The notes: generated from the sequence alone by a model not told the origin. Positions 9,883 to 20,524 are shown, counted from the stretch's first letter. The stretch: DNA of 64,000 bases from Chloroflexota bacterium (GCA_027593235.1 JAQCIU010000001.1:32001-96000), one strand, 5' to 3'. Program-made: numbers and translations.

Positions 9883-11514
9883 CTAGTCCGGCAACTCCAC
9901 CCGCAGCGCGGTGATGCCCGTCTCGCGGTCAGAGAGGTAGACCACCCCATCCGCCAGGTGCACGCCCCAGTTGCCTTGGAGGATGTCGCGCTCGTCCTCG
10001 GGCGCGACGGTGTCGTAGTGCGCCACCTCACGAGGCGACGTGGGGTCCTCGAGGTCAAAGACGCGCAGGCCGTCGATGTAGTACGAGACGTACGCGTAGC
10101 GCCCGTCGATCTCGATGTTGTGCACCGAGGTGCCGGGGCGCGTTTGCCACTCGGCCAGCAGTTCGGGGGCCTCGAGGTTGGTGGCGTCGTAGAGGCGAAG
10201 GTGTTGGTCCGCGCCCTCGTCTCCGTTGAGGTAAATCAGTCGGCCGTCCAGGTCGGTCACCCAGCCGGAGTGGCTGAACGCGTTGCCCTCCGGGATCGTT
10301 TGGCTCACCACCTCGATCGCCGCAGGGTCGGTCACGTCCAGCACATAGAACCCGTTCGCGAGCGAGTTGAGGAACGCGATCTGGCGTCCGCCCAGCGTCA
10401 CGACGTGTACGTCGTGCGCGCCCTCGAGGGTGGAACGGGCCTCGCTGATCACGAACCGCCCCGCCTCGAACGGCCGCGCCGGATCGCTCACGTCGATCAC
10501 CCGCAGATCGGTCTGCGGATGGGTGTCGTTGATCGCGAACACGAGATCGGCGACCGGGGACAGGTAGATGTTGTGCGCGTTGCCGAACAGGTCCACATTC
10601 GCGCCCACCGTCACGGCGTACTGAGAGAGGAAGGCCGGCGCGCTCGGGTCGCTCACGTCGTAGATCAGCAGCCCGCTGGCCGTCGTCGCCGCGTACAGCA
10701 CGCCATCGCGCACCTTCACGTCCAGTACGGACGCCGCCGCGTTGATTCGCCCGAGCGGCTCGCCCGAGGTCGCGTCGAGCAACTCGATCGTCCCGCCGAA
10801 GTGCGGCGCGAAGACCACCCCGCCGTCCACCCAGAGGTCCGTGTACGACCCGCTCGCGTCTGTCGCCTCGTGGTGCCAGAGCATGGTCACGTTGTCGCTC
10901 GCCTGCGGCTCGTCGCGGTCCCAGAGCGGTCGCAGCACCGTCTCGATCGAGCGCTCGCCGAAGCTCGTCGGCTCGTTGAACGTCACCGTCATCTCTTGCG
11001 TCGCCAGGTCGACCGTTGCGGCGAACACCCGCCCACACCCTCCGAGGGCGATCCCGTCGCCGCTCGCGGTCTGCGTCGCGCTCGGCGTGCACGTGAACCG
11101 CGTCACCGCGATCACGCCCATCTCGAACTGCCACGGATCGACCAGCGGATCGGCGCCCACCGTCACCCGCATCGAGGTCCATGGAATCCCCGGATTCGCT
11201 ACGTGCCCTGACCACAGGTACGACGCGCCGCCGGTGACCGCGTTCGGCCGCAGCGCCGGGATCGGCGTTGCCGTCGGCTCCGGCGTCGGGCTCGGCGTCG
11301 GCGTCGCCGTCGGCGGCGCGGTCGCTGCGGCCGTGGCGGTCGCGGTCGCGGTCATCGAGGGCGTTGCGGTCGCCGTTCGATCGCCCTCGGAGTCGCCGGT
11401 GCAGGCAGCCGCGACCAACGCAGCCCCGAGGACGATCGCGAGGCCAAGGCGTAGCGGGTGGATCACGCGGAACGGGCGGAACGGGCGGGTGCGTCGTCGC
11501 GCGGGGAGGTGCAT
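9883..11514 (-). CDS. Lipoprotein with Pro/Thr linker and LVIVD-repeat beta-propeller
   Basis: lipobox VAAAC, TPTP linker, repeats GLLIYDVSDP/LRVIDVSDP/FYVLDVTDP/LRVFDLEDP, HSGW and HN motifs; start uncertain. Confidence 0.75.
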   Translation of the reverse strand: MHLPARRRTRPFRPFRVIHPLRLGLAIVLGAALVAAACTGDSEGDRTATATPSMTATATATAAATAPPTATPTPSPTPEPTATPIPALRPNAVTGGASYLWSGHVANPGIPWTSMRVTVGADPLVDPWQFEMGVIAVTRFTCTPSATQTASGDGIALGGCGRVFAATVDLATQEMTVTFNEPTSFGERSIETVLRPLWDRDEPQASDNVTMLWHHEATDASGSYTDLWVDGGVVFAPHFGGTIELLDATSGEPLGRINAAASVLDVKVRDGVLYAATTASGLLIYDVSDPSAPAFLSQYAVTVGANVDLFGNAHNIYLSPVADLVFAINDTHPQTDLRVIDVSDPARPFEAGRFVISEARSTLEGAHDVHVVTLGGRQIAFLNSLANGFYVLDVTDPAAIEVVSQTIPEGNAFSHSGWVTDLDGRLIYLNGDEGADQHLRLYDATNLEAPELLAEWQTRPGTSVHNIEIDGRYAYVSYYIDGLRVFDLEDPTSPREVAHYDTVAPEDERDILQGNWGVHLADGVVYLSDRETGITALRVELPD

Positions 11515-11587
11515 CCAACGATCGCACGTCGTTCGCGCCGCCTCGGCGTCCGACCCGCGTAAGCGCCGTTGACGATCGCGGGGACGC

Positions 11588-11809
11588 TCAGCGATCACGC
11601 CGCCGATAGCTCCACACGACGACGGCGGCCGTCACCGCCAGGAGGAACAGCCCGACCGGGCTCACCAGCCAGCGGGCGAAGTTGTCCGGCCGTACCCCGA
11701 ACATGAACAACACCAGCACCACGGTGCCGAGGCCAAGCGCGTATTGCACGCCCACGATGGCGATCGCCCACACCTCGCGTAGTCGCGATCCTTGAGGTGT
11801 GCTGGTCAT
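11588..11809 (-). CDS. Small two-TM membrane protein
   Basis: 73 aa with two hydrophobic helices; CACACT-6 nt-ATG. Confidence 0.6.
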   Translation of the reverse strand: MTSTPQGSRLREVWAIAIVGVQYALGLGTVVLVLFMFGVRPDNFARWLVSPVGLFLLAVTAAVVVWSYRRRDR

Positions 11810-11825
11810 CGGTGGAGTGTGGCGG

Positions 11826-12701
11826 TCAGGACTTCGTCCGCGGATCGAGCAGATCGCGGATGCCGTCCCCAATGAAGTTCGCGCCCAGGACCACGGTCAG
11901 GATCGCGATCCCGGGGCCCAGCGCGATCCAGTAGTCGTAAAAACGGCGCGAGCCCTCGCTGATCATCGAGCCCCACTCCGGGAACGGCGGCACCGCACCC
12001 AGCCCGATGAAGCTCAACGAGGCCGCCAGCAGCACCACCCCGCCGAAGTCCATCGTCGAGACCACCAGCAGCGGCGTGAACGCGATCGGCAGGATGTGTT
12101 TCGTCATCAACCGGAACTGGCTCGCGCCCAACGACTCCGCCGCGATCACGTGGTCGTAACTCTTCACCGCCATGAACTGGCCGCGCAGGAGCCGCGCGTA
12201 GCCCGGCCACCACACCAGCGTCATCGCGATCGCCGCGTTGCGGATGCCGACCCCCAGCGTCGCCGCGATCACCATCGCCAGCAGGATCGGCGGGAACGCC
12301 ATCACCATGTCCGTCAGCCGCATCAGGAACGAGTCGACCCAACCGCCGAAGAACCCGGCGACCGCGCCGACCACACCGCCCAGCAGCAGTGCCGACACAA
12401 TCACCCCGGCCGCAACCGGCATCGAGGCGCGCGCGCCGTACAGCGTCCGCGACAGCACGTCGCGTCCCAGCGCGTCCGTACCCAGCGGGTGATCCCACGA
12501 GGGCCCCAGCAACCGCGTATCCACGATCGAGATCGGATCATGCGGTGCCCACCATTGCACCGTCAGCGCGGTGAGCACCCAGAACAGGATCACCGCGCCG
12601 CCCAGCACCACCGGCAGCGTCATCCACTTCGGCTTGCGTATCCGCGCCTGTGGCGAGCGCGTCGTCAACGCTCCCATCGTCGCGGTCTCGGAGCTGCTCA
12701 C
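11826..12701 (-). CDS. Peptide/nickel ABC transporter permease (DppC/OppC-like)
   Basis: HPLGTDALGRDVLSR, AAESLGAS loop, SFIGLG..PPFPEWGSMI. Confidence 0.93.
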   Translation of the reverse strand: MSSSETATMGALTTRSPQARIRKPKWMTLPVVLGGAVILFWVLTALTVQWWAPHDPISIVDTRLLGPSWDHPLGTDALGRDVLSRTLYGARASMPVAAGVIVSALLLGGVVGAVAGFFGGWVDSFLMRLTDMVMAFPPILLAMVIAATLGVGIRNAAIAMTLVWWPGYARLLRGQFMAVKSYDHVIAAESLGASQFRLMTKHILPIAFTPLLVVSTMDFGGVVLLAASLSFIGLGAVPPFPEWGSMISEGSRRFYDYWIALGPGIAILTVVLGANFIGDGIRDLLDPRTKS

Positions 12702-13711
12702 GACACCCGGATTCGGGGATCGATGATCCCGTAGGAGATGTCGATCGCCAGGTTCGCGATCACGAACATCGCGCCGCCGAAGATCGCCACCCCCATCACC
12801 GCGGGCAGATCCAGCCCGCGTGTCGACTCAACCGCGTACGAACCCAGCCCGGGCCAGGCGAAGACCGTCTCCGTCAGCACCGCGCCCGTCAGCAGGGCGG
12901 CGAGCGACAGTCCGAGGATCGTCACCGTCGGGATCAGCGCGTTCCGCAGCGCGTGCGTGAAGATCACCTGCCGCCCGGTCAGCCCCTTCGCCCGCGCCGT
13001 CCGGATGTAATCCTGGTTGAGCACCTCCAGCATCGACGCGCGCACCATCCGCGCGATGATGCCCAGCACCGCCCAGCCCAGCACAAACGCCGGCAGCATC
13101 AGGTGGCGCAGCGCGTCCCATGCCTGGCCGAAGTCTCCGGCCAACACCGCATCGACGGTGTACAACCCGGTCACGCCGTTCGGCGGCGTCGCCCGGAGGT
13201 CGATCCGTCCGGGGCCCGGCGCGATCCCCAGTTGCGTGAAGAAGATGTAGAGCAGGATCAGACCGGTCCAGAACACCGGCAGCGACGATCCCACGAGGGC
13301 GAACAGCCGCACCGTATGGTCGATCCATGTATCCCGTTTGATCGCCGCTGCGATGCCGGCCGGAATCCCGATCACTATCGCGACCGCCAGCGCCGCCAGC
13401 GTCAGTTCGAGCGTCGCCGGCAGCTTGTCCGCGATGTCCGACCCGACCGGCTGCTTGGTGCGGAACGACGTGCCCATGTCGCCCTGTGCCAGGTTCTTGA
13501 TGTACAGCGCGTATTGCTCGGGAGCCGACTTGTCGAGGCCCCAGCGCGCCCGTGCCGCGCTCACAATCTCCTCGTTGCCGAGCAGTCGCTCCGGGACGAT
13601 CGAGGCGATCGGGTCCACCGAGGCCGTTCGCGAGACCACGAACACCACTGTTACCACGCCCAGTAGCAGCAACGGCATCAATGCCAATCGTCGTGCGATA
13701 TAGGTGCCCAC
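12698..13711 (-). CDS. Peptide/nickel ABC transporter permease (DppB/OppB-like)
   Basis: QGDMGTSF, LPATLEL, DYIRTARAKGL, HALRNAL, ETVFAWPGLG, DPRIR. Confidence 0.93.
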   Translation of the reverse strand: MGTYIARRLALMPLLLLGVVTVVFVVSRTASVDPIASIVPERLLGNEEIVSAARARWGLDKSAPEQYALYIKNLAQGDMGTSFRTKQPVGSDIADKLPATLELTLAALAVAIVIGIPAGIAAAIKRDTWIDHTVRLFALVGSSLPVFWTGLILLYIFFTQLGIAPGPGRIDLRATPPNGVTGLYTVDAVLAGDFGQAWDALRHLMLPAFVLGWAVLGIIARMVRASMLEVLNQDYIRTARAKGLTGRQVIFTHALRNALIPTVTILGLSLAALLTGAVLTETVFAWPGLGSYAVESTRGLDLPAVMGVAIFGGAMFVIANLAIDISYGIIDPRIRVS

Positions 13712-13768
13712 GAGCCGGCGCCCGCCTCTCGCGTCCCGCGAACGCTCACCGTCGCGGGTGCCGTGCCT

Positions 13769-13803
13769 GGCGGTGATCGGTCCCTCTGGGGCCGATCACC
13801 GCC
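13769..13803. terminator. Intra-operon stem-loop after the substrate-binding protein gene
   Basis: GGCGGTGATCGGTCCC-TCT-GGGGCCGATCACCGCC inverted repeat. Confidence 0.6.
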
Positions 13804-13833
13804 GATGCTACGGGTTCAATTGCTACGGATGCG

Positions 13834-15516
13834 TTACTCGCTGGTGCGGTAGAGCTCCGCGACCTCAAGGTTGCAGCAGCCGCTGTAGTGCATCCCCTTC
13901 AGATCCGAGCGGTAGGCCAGGATCAGGTTTGGGTTCGCCAGCGGGAGCAGGTATGCATCCGCGATCATCAGCCGGCCCAGCTCGTCATAGAGCTTGGCGC
14001 GCTCTTCCGTGTCAGCCGTCAACAGAGCCCGGTTGTACAGGTCCTGCTGATCTGCGCTGACGATCGGACCCTGCGTGCCACCGGCCCGAGCGGACCAGCG
14101 CGAGCCCTCGATCATTGCGAAGTACTGCGGGTACTGCACCGTGTCCGGGTGGTCCGGTGCGTAGTAAATCGCCGTGAACGGCACCTTGTTCGCCGACAGG
14201 TCCGGGAAGATCACCGCGGCTTCCAGCGGCTGCAGGTTCAGCTTCACGTTGATTTCAGCCAGGTCCGCCTGGACCTTCTGCATCATCAGGTTGAAGTCGA
14301 CGCCGTAGACGTTCGTGTTCCAGTACGGGGCGTCCAGCTCAAAGCCGTCCGGGTACCCGCCGTCCGCCAGCAGCTTGCGGGCCTTTTCCAGGTCCCGTAC
14401 CGGCAGCGGCAGGTCCGCCGTGCCAAGGAATCCGTTCGGGATCGCCGTCGCCTGCTTGCGGCCGTTGCCGCCCAGCAGCACGTCCAGCATCCCGTCGTAG
14501 TCGATCGCCGCCTGGATCGCCTGGCGGACGTTCTGGTTGAGGTCCAGCTCCGACCCCTTCGCGCCCTCGGTGCCGACCACGAAGCCGACGTACACGAAGT
14601 TGAACGAAGGAACCGACTCGGCGACTACCGTGTCGCCGGACATGCCGCTCGCGGTGTCCGGGTCGATCTGCATCGCGATGTCAACGTCGCCCGCTTCCAG
14701 GAGCTGCCGCTGCGTCACCGCGTCGGCCACTTCTTGGATGATCACCGTCTTGATCGCCGGCGTCGTGCCCGGTCCCCAGTAGTTCTCGTTCCGCACGAGG
14801 CGGATCGAGTCTCCCTCGGTGTAGGACTCCAGTACGTACGGGCCGCTGCCCGCCGAGTTCGCCAGGAACCACTGCTGCGCCGCGTCAGCGGTCTCGGCGT
14901 CATCGCCACCCGCGGCGCCGTTCGCCTCGGCCATCGCCTTATTCACGATCGCCGTGTAGGGCGCGTTCATCTTCGCCGGGAACGAGGCGTCACCAGACGC
15001 CATGTGCACGACGATCGTGTGCTCGTCCGGCGTGTCGATTGCCTCGACGCCGTCCATGAAGAAGCTCGGTGAACCCTTCAGGTTCGCCAGCCGCTCCAAC
15101 GACCACTTCACGTCCGCCGAGGTCAGCGCGCTGCCATCGGCGAACACTGCCTTGTCGTTCAGCTTGAACGTCCACTCCGTCAGATCCTCGTTCGCCGACC
15201 ACTCGGTGGCGACGCGCGGGATCAGGGTGGTGTTGTCGGTGTGGTCGAGCCCCACGAGCGTCTGGTAGACCGCCGAGATGTAGATCTGGCAGGTGTCGCA
15301 GAATGCTCGGTGCGGGTCGCCATCCGAGAAGTCCATCGCACGTGCGAGGACCAGTGGCTTCTCATCGTTGTCGATGCGGTTGCCGGCGTCGGCCGCCGTG
15401 GCGGTACCGCCGTCGCCGCCATCTCCGCCGTCGTCGCTGTCATCGCTACACGCGACCAGCGTGAGCGCGATCGCGGCGAACAGCACCAGGATCAGATACC
15501 CGAACCGTCTACTCAT
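13834..15516 (-). CDS. ABC transporter family 5 substrate-binding lipoprotein
   Basis: lipobox LVAC, WTFKL..FADGSALTSADVKWS, GSGPY, RNENYW. Confidence 0.92.
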   Translation of the reverse strand: MSRRFGYLILVLFAAIALTLVACSDDSDDGGDGGDGGTATAADAGNRIDNDEKPLVLARAMDFSDGDPHRAFCDTCQIYISAVYQTLVGLDHTDNTTLIPRVATEWSANEDLTEWTFKLNDKAVFADGSALTSADVKWSLERLANLKGSPSFFMDGVEAIDTPDEHTIVVHMASGDASFPAKMNAPYTAIVNKAMAEANGAAGGDDAETADAAQQWFLANSAGSGPYVLESYTEGDSIRLVRNENYWGPGTTPAIKTVIIQEVADAVTQRQLLEAGDVDIAMQIDPDTASGMSGDTVVAESVPSFNFVYVGFVVGTEGAKGSELDLNQNVRQAIQAAIDYDGMLDVLLGGNGRKQATAIPNGFLGTADLPLPVRDLEKARKLLADGGYPDGFELDAPYWNTNVYGVDFNLMMQKVQADLAEINVKLNLQPLEAAVIFPDLSANKVPFTAIYYAPDHPDTVQYPQYFAMIEGSRWSARAGGTQGPIVSADQQDLYNRALLTADTEERAKLYDELGRLMIADAYLLPLANPNLILAYRSDLKGMHYSGCCNLEVAELYRTSE

Positions 15517-15859
15517 CTTGCAGTTCCCTCCAAGGAAGCGGAGCGGCATTCGCCGCTGGACTCACCGAGCCGGTGCGTCCGGATGCTCTGGGATCGGCCT
15601 TCGACAGCTCCGACGTGTCGAACGGTCGCGCTCGACGGGCGGGCGTCCGGGTGGTGGACCAGCACAGGACAAAGGTCGCGTCTCGAGATGACGCATGGCT
15701 CTGGCCCGCTGGCGAGCCGTGTAACGATATCAGTATTCGCTGTTGGAAAATGCACCCACTTCTGGCGGGCACCGCCCCGCCCGAAATGGACATCGATTGC
15801 CTGTTGGTTCGTCGATCGATAGCGGCCCGGGATGTCGCTGGACGACCGCCTCGGACCGC

Positions 15860-17404
15860 CTACGGACGCATCGATCGCGTCTTCGGGCCCAGCTCCGTGC
15901 GGAGCTGCACCTGGGCGTGGTGGATGAACTGCACCGCCAGCGGGCGCGTGTCCCGAGGGTCGATCAGGTCGTTGATGCCGAAGGCCTCGGCGCGGAAGAA
16001 CGGCGAGCGGTCCTTCTCGTGCGCCTCCTCCAGCTCGAGGCGGCGCGCCTCGGGGTCGGGTGAGGCCTCGATCTCTCGCCGGTAGGCGGCCCAGACGCCG
16101 CCCTCGACGGGGATCGATCCCCACTCGCCCGAGGGCCAGGCGTAGACGGGGCCGTTGCCGTTGTGGTGCGCGCCGGCCGCGACGCCGTAGGCGCGCCGGA
16201 CCATGAACTTCAGCCACGGGACCGTCGACTGGTTCACTGCCGCGAGCACCCGCGCGCCCTTGCGCAGCGTGCCGGCGCGTTCGGCGTCGACGCCGACCAT
16301 GAAGCCGGGTTCGTCCTCGAAGGACATCAGCGGGATGTGGAAGGTGTCGCAGATGTCGATGAAGCGGGCCAGCTTCTCCGCCGAGTCGGCGGTCATCGCG
16401 CCGCCGTTGAAGTTCGGGTTGTTGGCGGTCACGCCGACGGCGTACCCATCGAGGCGTGCGAAGCCGGTGGTGACCGCGCGTCCGAAGTGGGTCGTCATCT
16501 CGAAGAACGAACCTTCGTCGACGACGTGGGCGATCAGCTTCTTGGGGTTGAAGGCGCGGCGTCGCTCCCGAGGGATGAAGGAGAGCAGCTCCTCGTCGCG
16601 GCGGGTCGGGTCGTCCGAGGGGTCAACGCGCGGGGCCTGCTCCCAGACGTTGGTCGGGAGGTAGGAGAGGAACTGTCGTACGTGATCGAGGCAGCCCGCC
16701 TCGTCCTCGGCGACGTTGTCGACGAGTCCGCTGTAAAGTTGCATCTGCCAGCCGCCCAGCTCCTCCTTGGTGACGGGGCGTCCGAGGGCGCGCTCCACGA
16801 CCGGCGGGCCGCCGGCGAAGAGGAAGGCCGTCGTCTTCGACATCACGGAGAAGTGGGTCTCGGCGATCCGCGCGGCGACGATGCCGGCGCAGGCACCCAT
16901 TGCCGCGCCGACGACCGGCACCGTGCCGAGCAGGTCGGCCTTCGGGGAGACCGGCTCACCTCGGAGTGGTGTCTCGGAGTGCCTCGAGCGGTTCGTGCGC
17001 ACGCTGCCGCCGGCGCCCTCGTGGAGTCGCACCAGCGGCAGCTTCATACGCCGCGCGAGGTGCTCGACGTAGTAGCCCTTGGCGCTGCCGCCACCGTCCG
17101 AGGCGCCACCGCGGATGGTTCCATCCTCGCCGCCGATGACGATCGGCCGTTCGTTGACCCGTGCCGTACCGACGAGTGCGTTCGACGGCGTCACCTTCCC
17201 GGCGACGCCGTCTTCGTCGTAGTCGACGCTACCGGTGATACGCCCCATCTCGAGGAAGGAGCCGGCGTCGACGAGGCCGTCGATTCGCTCGCGGATGGTG
17301 AGCAGCCCTCGGTCGTGGTGGCGCTGCACGGCCTCGGGGCCGCCCATGCCCTCGACGGCGGTGCGGCGTCGGTTGATCTCGTCGACTTCGGGCTGCCAGG
17401 TCAT
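15860..17404 (-). CDS. Acyl-CoA carboxylase carboxyltransferase subunit
   Basis: LTIRERIDGLVDAGSF, GGPPVV, DEPGFMVG, RRAYG, DLIDPRDTR. Confidence 0.9.
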   Translation of the reverse strand: MTWQPEVDEINRRRTAVEGMGGPEAVQRHHDRGLLTIRERIDGLVDAGSFLEMGRITGSVDYDEDGVAGKVTPSNALVGTARVNERPIVIGGEDGTIRGGASDGGGSAKGYYVEHLARRMKLPLVRLHEGAGGSVRTNRSRHSETPLRGEPVSPKADLLGTVPVVGAAMGACAGIVAARIAETHFSVMSKTTAFLFAGGPPVVERALGRPVTKEELGGWQMQLYSGLVDNVAEDEAGCLDHVRQFLSYLPTNVWEQAPRVDPSDDPTRRDEELLSFIPRERRRAFNPKKLIAHVVDEGSFFEMTTHFGRAVTTGFARLDGYAVGVTANNPNFNGGAMTADSAEKLARFIDICDTFHIPLMSFEDEPGFMVGVDAERAGTLRKGARVLAAVNQSTVPWLKFMVRRAYGVAAGAHHNGNGPVYAWPSGEWGSIPVEGGVWAAYRREIEASPDPEARRLELEEAHEKDRSPFFRAEAFGINDLIDPRDTRPLAVQFIHHAQVQLRTELGPKTRSMRP

Positions 17405-17445
17405 CGAGGGCTCCTCTTTCGTTGGTTACTCGTTCGGTCGGGTTG

Positions 17446-18681
17446 TCAGTCGAGCGCTCCGCGCGCGGCGAGATCGGCGATCGCGTCAGGGTCCATCTGC
17501 AGGACGTCGGTCAGCACCTCGAAGGTGTGCTCGCCGATCAGCGGGGCGCGGCGGACGTCGGCCTCGTAGGCGTGCATCTGGAGCGGGTTGCCGTGGACGA
17601 GGAACTCGCGCCCGGACGGATGGTCGATGGTCTTGTAGTAGCGGTCGCCCATTGAAGGGTCGCGATGCACGAGGTCGGGCACCTTCTGGTATGGCCCGGC
17701 CGGCACCCCTCGCGCCTGCAGCGCCTCGGCGAGCTCCAGCGCGTCCCAGCCCGTGGTCCACCGATCGAGGATCGCGTCGATCGCCGCCTCGTCGGCCCGC
17801 CGACCGTCCGAGGTCTGCCACCGGGCGTCGCGCAGTTCCTCGATGTTGGCGAGGTCGACGAGGGCGGCCCACTGGGCGTCCTCGAAGATGGCGATCGCGC
17901 ACCAGGCGTCGCGCGTGCCGTCGTCCGAGCAGGGATAGAAGTTGTGCGGGACCGCCTCGGCGTCGCGGTTGCCGATCTGGCGGGGCACCTCGTCAGCGAG
18001 TTGGGCCTCGAGCAGCGTCGGGCCGAGCATCGCGACGGTGGACTCGTACTGGCCGATCTCGATGAACTGGCCCTCGCCAGTGCGGTCGCGGTGCAGCAGC
18101 GCGGCCATGATGGCGACCGCGCCGTGGAACGGGTTCGAGGAGAAGTCGGCGTACTGGTGGCCGAAGGGGAGCGGGCCGTCCTCGGGGTTGCCGGAGATCG
18201 ACTTGAGGCCGGAGATGCCGACGAACATGTCGCCGAAGCCGCGCCAATTGGAGCGCGGGCCGGCGCTCTCCATCGTCGGCATGTTGACCATGATGATGCC
18301 GGGGTTGAGCGCTCGCATGTCCTCGTAGCCGATGCCCCAGCGCTCGTACTGGTCGCCGCTGAGGTTGCAGATCGTCACGTCGCTGACGCGGACGAGATCG
18401 CGGAGGAGGGCGCGGCCTTCCTCGGTGGCGAGGTTGAGCGTGCAGGACCGCTTACTGGCGTTGGCGTCGTGGAAGTAGCCGCCGGTGTCGGGGTTCGTGT
18501 TGGCGTCGCCGGGCAGATCGCCGAACAGTGGGATGCGGTTCGCGCGGCCCGTGTCCATGCGGTTGCGCGACTCCACCTTGATCACGTCCGCGCCGTAGTC
18601 GCCCAGCAGCCGCGCCGCCAGCGGCCCGGCGATGATCCACGACAGGTCGAGGACCCGGATGCCTTCGAGCGGGCCGGTCAC
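17446..18681 (-). CDS. Family III CoA-transferase (CaiB/BaiF)
   Basis: GPLEGIRVLDLS..AGP...GADVIKVE, NASKRS, GEGQFIE, APLIGEHT; GTGA overlap with upstream gene. Confidence 0.9.
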   Translation of the reverse strand: MTGPLEGIRVLDLSWIIAGPLAARLLGDYGADVIKVESRNRMDTGRANRIPLFGDLPGDANTNPDTGGYFHDANASKRSCTLNLATEEGRALLRDLVRVSDVTICNLSGDQYERWGIGYEDMRALNPGIIMVNMPTMESAGPRSNWRGFGDMFVGISGLKSISGNPEDGPLPFGHQYADFSSNPFHGAVAIMAALLHRDRTGEGQFIEIGQYESTVAMLGPTLLEAQLADEVPRQIGNRDAEAVPHNFYPCSDDGTRDAWCAIAIFEDAQWAALVDLANIEELRDARWQTSDGRRADEAAIDAILDRWTTGWDALELAEALQARGVPAGPYQKVPDLVHRDPSMGDRYYKTIDHPSGREFLVHGNPLQMHAYEADVRRAPLIGEHTFEVLTDVLQMDPDAIADLAARGALD

Positions 18682-19868
18682 GCGGCACCACCCTTCGAGG
18701 GCAGGCCCAGCTCCGCGAGCACCTCGGCGGTGTGCTCGCCGAGAAGCGGGGGGCGGGAGGACGCCTGGTAGGGAGTGCCGCTCAGCCGCACCGGCCCGCC
18801 CGCGTCTAGGAGCGGAGCGGGGAGGCCCGGCGCCTCGATCTCCACGAAGCTGGCGCGACGTTCGAGGAACGGGTCGGCGAGCACCTGGCTCGCGTCCTGC
18901 ACCGGGAGGCCCATCAGGCCTCGGGACTGGAGCAGCTCCACCAGCTCGGCGTTGGTGAAGCGCGCGGCGAATGCGCGTGCGGCGGCCATCGCGCGGTCGT
19001 CCGTCATGAACGCCGAGATGCCCAGCTCCGCCTCCAGCTCGCGCAGGCCCTCGCCGAGCCCGTGCTCCTCGAGGATGGCGAGCGTCTCCGGGACCTTGCG
19101 CCACGTCGACCACGTGAAGAATCCGTCCTTTGTCTCGTGGAGGTCGGGCGGAGGACCGGGCGCGCGTTCGCGGCGGTGCCGCACGAAGCCGAACTGGTGG
19201 TAGAGCGACGGGTTCGCCATCTGGAAGCTGACGAGGGCGGTGACGCGCTGAGCGGCAATGTCGACGACGCTCCCTGTTCCGCCGTGCCGCGCGCCGTAGA
19301 CCGCGATCAGACCACCGAGGGCGGCGGCGAGGCCGCTCATCTCCGAGGCCGCTTCCTGGCCGAAGCGGGCGGGCCGCTCACCTCGATAGCCGAAGTAGCT
19401 GAGCATCCCGCTAATCGACTGGCAGACGAGGTCGCTGCCGAGCCAGTGACTCCGAGGCCCATCCAGCCCGAACGGAGTGATCGAAACGATCGCGCGGCCA
19501 CTCCCGGCGCTCGCGAGCGCATCGAGGTCGAAGCCGAGCCGGGCGAGGTGGCCGTTGTCGAGGACGATGTCCGAGGCCTCGATGAGGCGTTCGAGGGTGG
19601 GACGGGCCTCGGTGCTTTCGATGTCGAGGGCGACGCTGCGCATGCCGGAGCAGTAGTGCAGGAAGTAGAGCGACGCGGCCTCGTCACCCTCGACGAAGAT
19701 CGCCTCAGCGACATAACGCGAAGGACGGCCTCGGTAGACGGCACCCCTCGGTGGCTCGACCAGCACAACGTCGGCGCCGAGACCACGCAGCAGGCGGGCG
19801 CCGTAGGCGCCGAGGCCGTCGAGCAGGTTGAGGACACGAACGCCTTCGAGCGCTCCGTGAGCGAGCAT
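18678..19868 (-). CDS. Family III CoA-transferase (CaiB/BaiF)
   Basis: ALEGVRVL, GADVVLVEPP, SITPFGLDGP, GSDL, PPLLGEHT. Confidence 0.88.
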   Translation of the reverse strand: MLAHGALEGVRVLNLLDGLGAYGARLLRGLGADVVLVEPPRGAVYRGRPSRYVAEAIFVEGDEAASLYFLHYCSGMRSVALDIESTEARPTLERLIEASDIVLDNGHLARLGFDLDALASAGSGRAIVSITPFGLDGPRSHWLGSDLVCQSISGMLSYFGYRGERPARFGQEAASEMSGLAAALGGLIAVYGARHGGTGSVVDIAAQRVTALVSFQMANPSLYHQFGFVRHRRERAPGPPPDLHETKDGFFTWSTWRKVPETLAILEEHGLGEGLRELEAELGISAFMTDDRAMAAARAFAARFTNAELVELLQSRGLMGLPVQDASQVLADPFLERRASFVEIEAPGLPAPLLDAGGPVRLSGTPYQASSRPPLLGEHTAEVLAELGLPSKGGAA

Positions 19869-20017
19869 CGAGATCCCTCGGTAGTGGCGAGTCAGCGGAC
19901 GAGGCGCATCGTACAAGGGCCGCCCGTACAGACTGCATGCCGGAGCGGCCCGTGCGACGCGCCGATCGGTGAGGCGTTATCTTCCCGACGAAGCTTGGGA
20001 GAGGCAGAGGTGACTGG

Positions 20018-20524
20018 ATGAAGGCTCAAGAGTTGATGCGCGTGCAGTACGCGCAGGCGCACCAAATGCTGGAAAGTGCGATCAAGGACTGCGACGCCGA
20101 GGCACTGACGAAGGTGGTCGGCGGCAACATCGGGACGGTCGGGGCGATCTACGCGCACGCCGTGTTCGACGAAGACGGATGGGTCGCCGGCGTGACTGGG
20201 AACCCGACGCTCTGGGCGTCCGGTGGCTGGGCAGCCAAGACCGGCCTGCAGGAGATCAGCGGGCGGCAGAGCCAGGACTGGGCACAGTCGGTGACGTACG
20301 ACCTCGCGACGTTCCGCGAGTACGCGCAGGCGGTGTACGCGCAGATGGACGGCTACCTCGAGGGTCTGTCCGACGAGGACGTGGATCGGGAGATCGAGGC
20401 CTTCGGCAGCACGACCACGATCGGGAAGCACTTCGGGTCGATGGGGTTGTGGCACATGATGTCGCACCAGGGCGAGCTGTCTGCCGTGAAGGGTGCGCAG
20501 GGCCTGAAGGGGTTGCCCTTCTAG
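20018..20524 (+). CDS. DinB family protein
   Basis: IYAH..ED and H.MSHQGE metal-binding histidines; GAGG RBS. Confidence 0.8.
   Translation: MKAQELMRVQYAQAHQMLESAIKDCDAEALTKVVGGNIGTVGAIYAHAVFDEDGWVAGVTGNPTLWASGGWAAKTGLQEISGRQSQDWAQSVTYDLATFREYAQAVYAQMDGYLEGLSDEDVDREIEAFGSTTTIGKHFGSMGLWHMMSHQGELSAVKGAQGLKGLPF

Noticed and set aside
15600-15622. TTCGACA-N9-TGTCGAA palindrome upstream of the ABC SBP
   Set aside because: TCGA words are very frequent in this genome and no cognate regulator is adjacent
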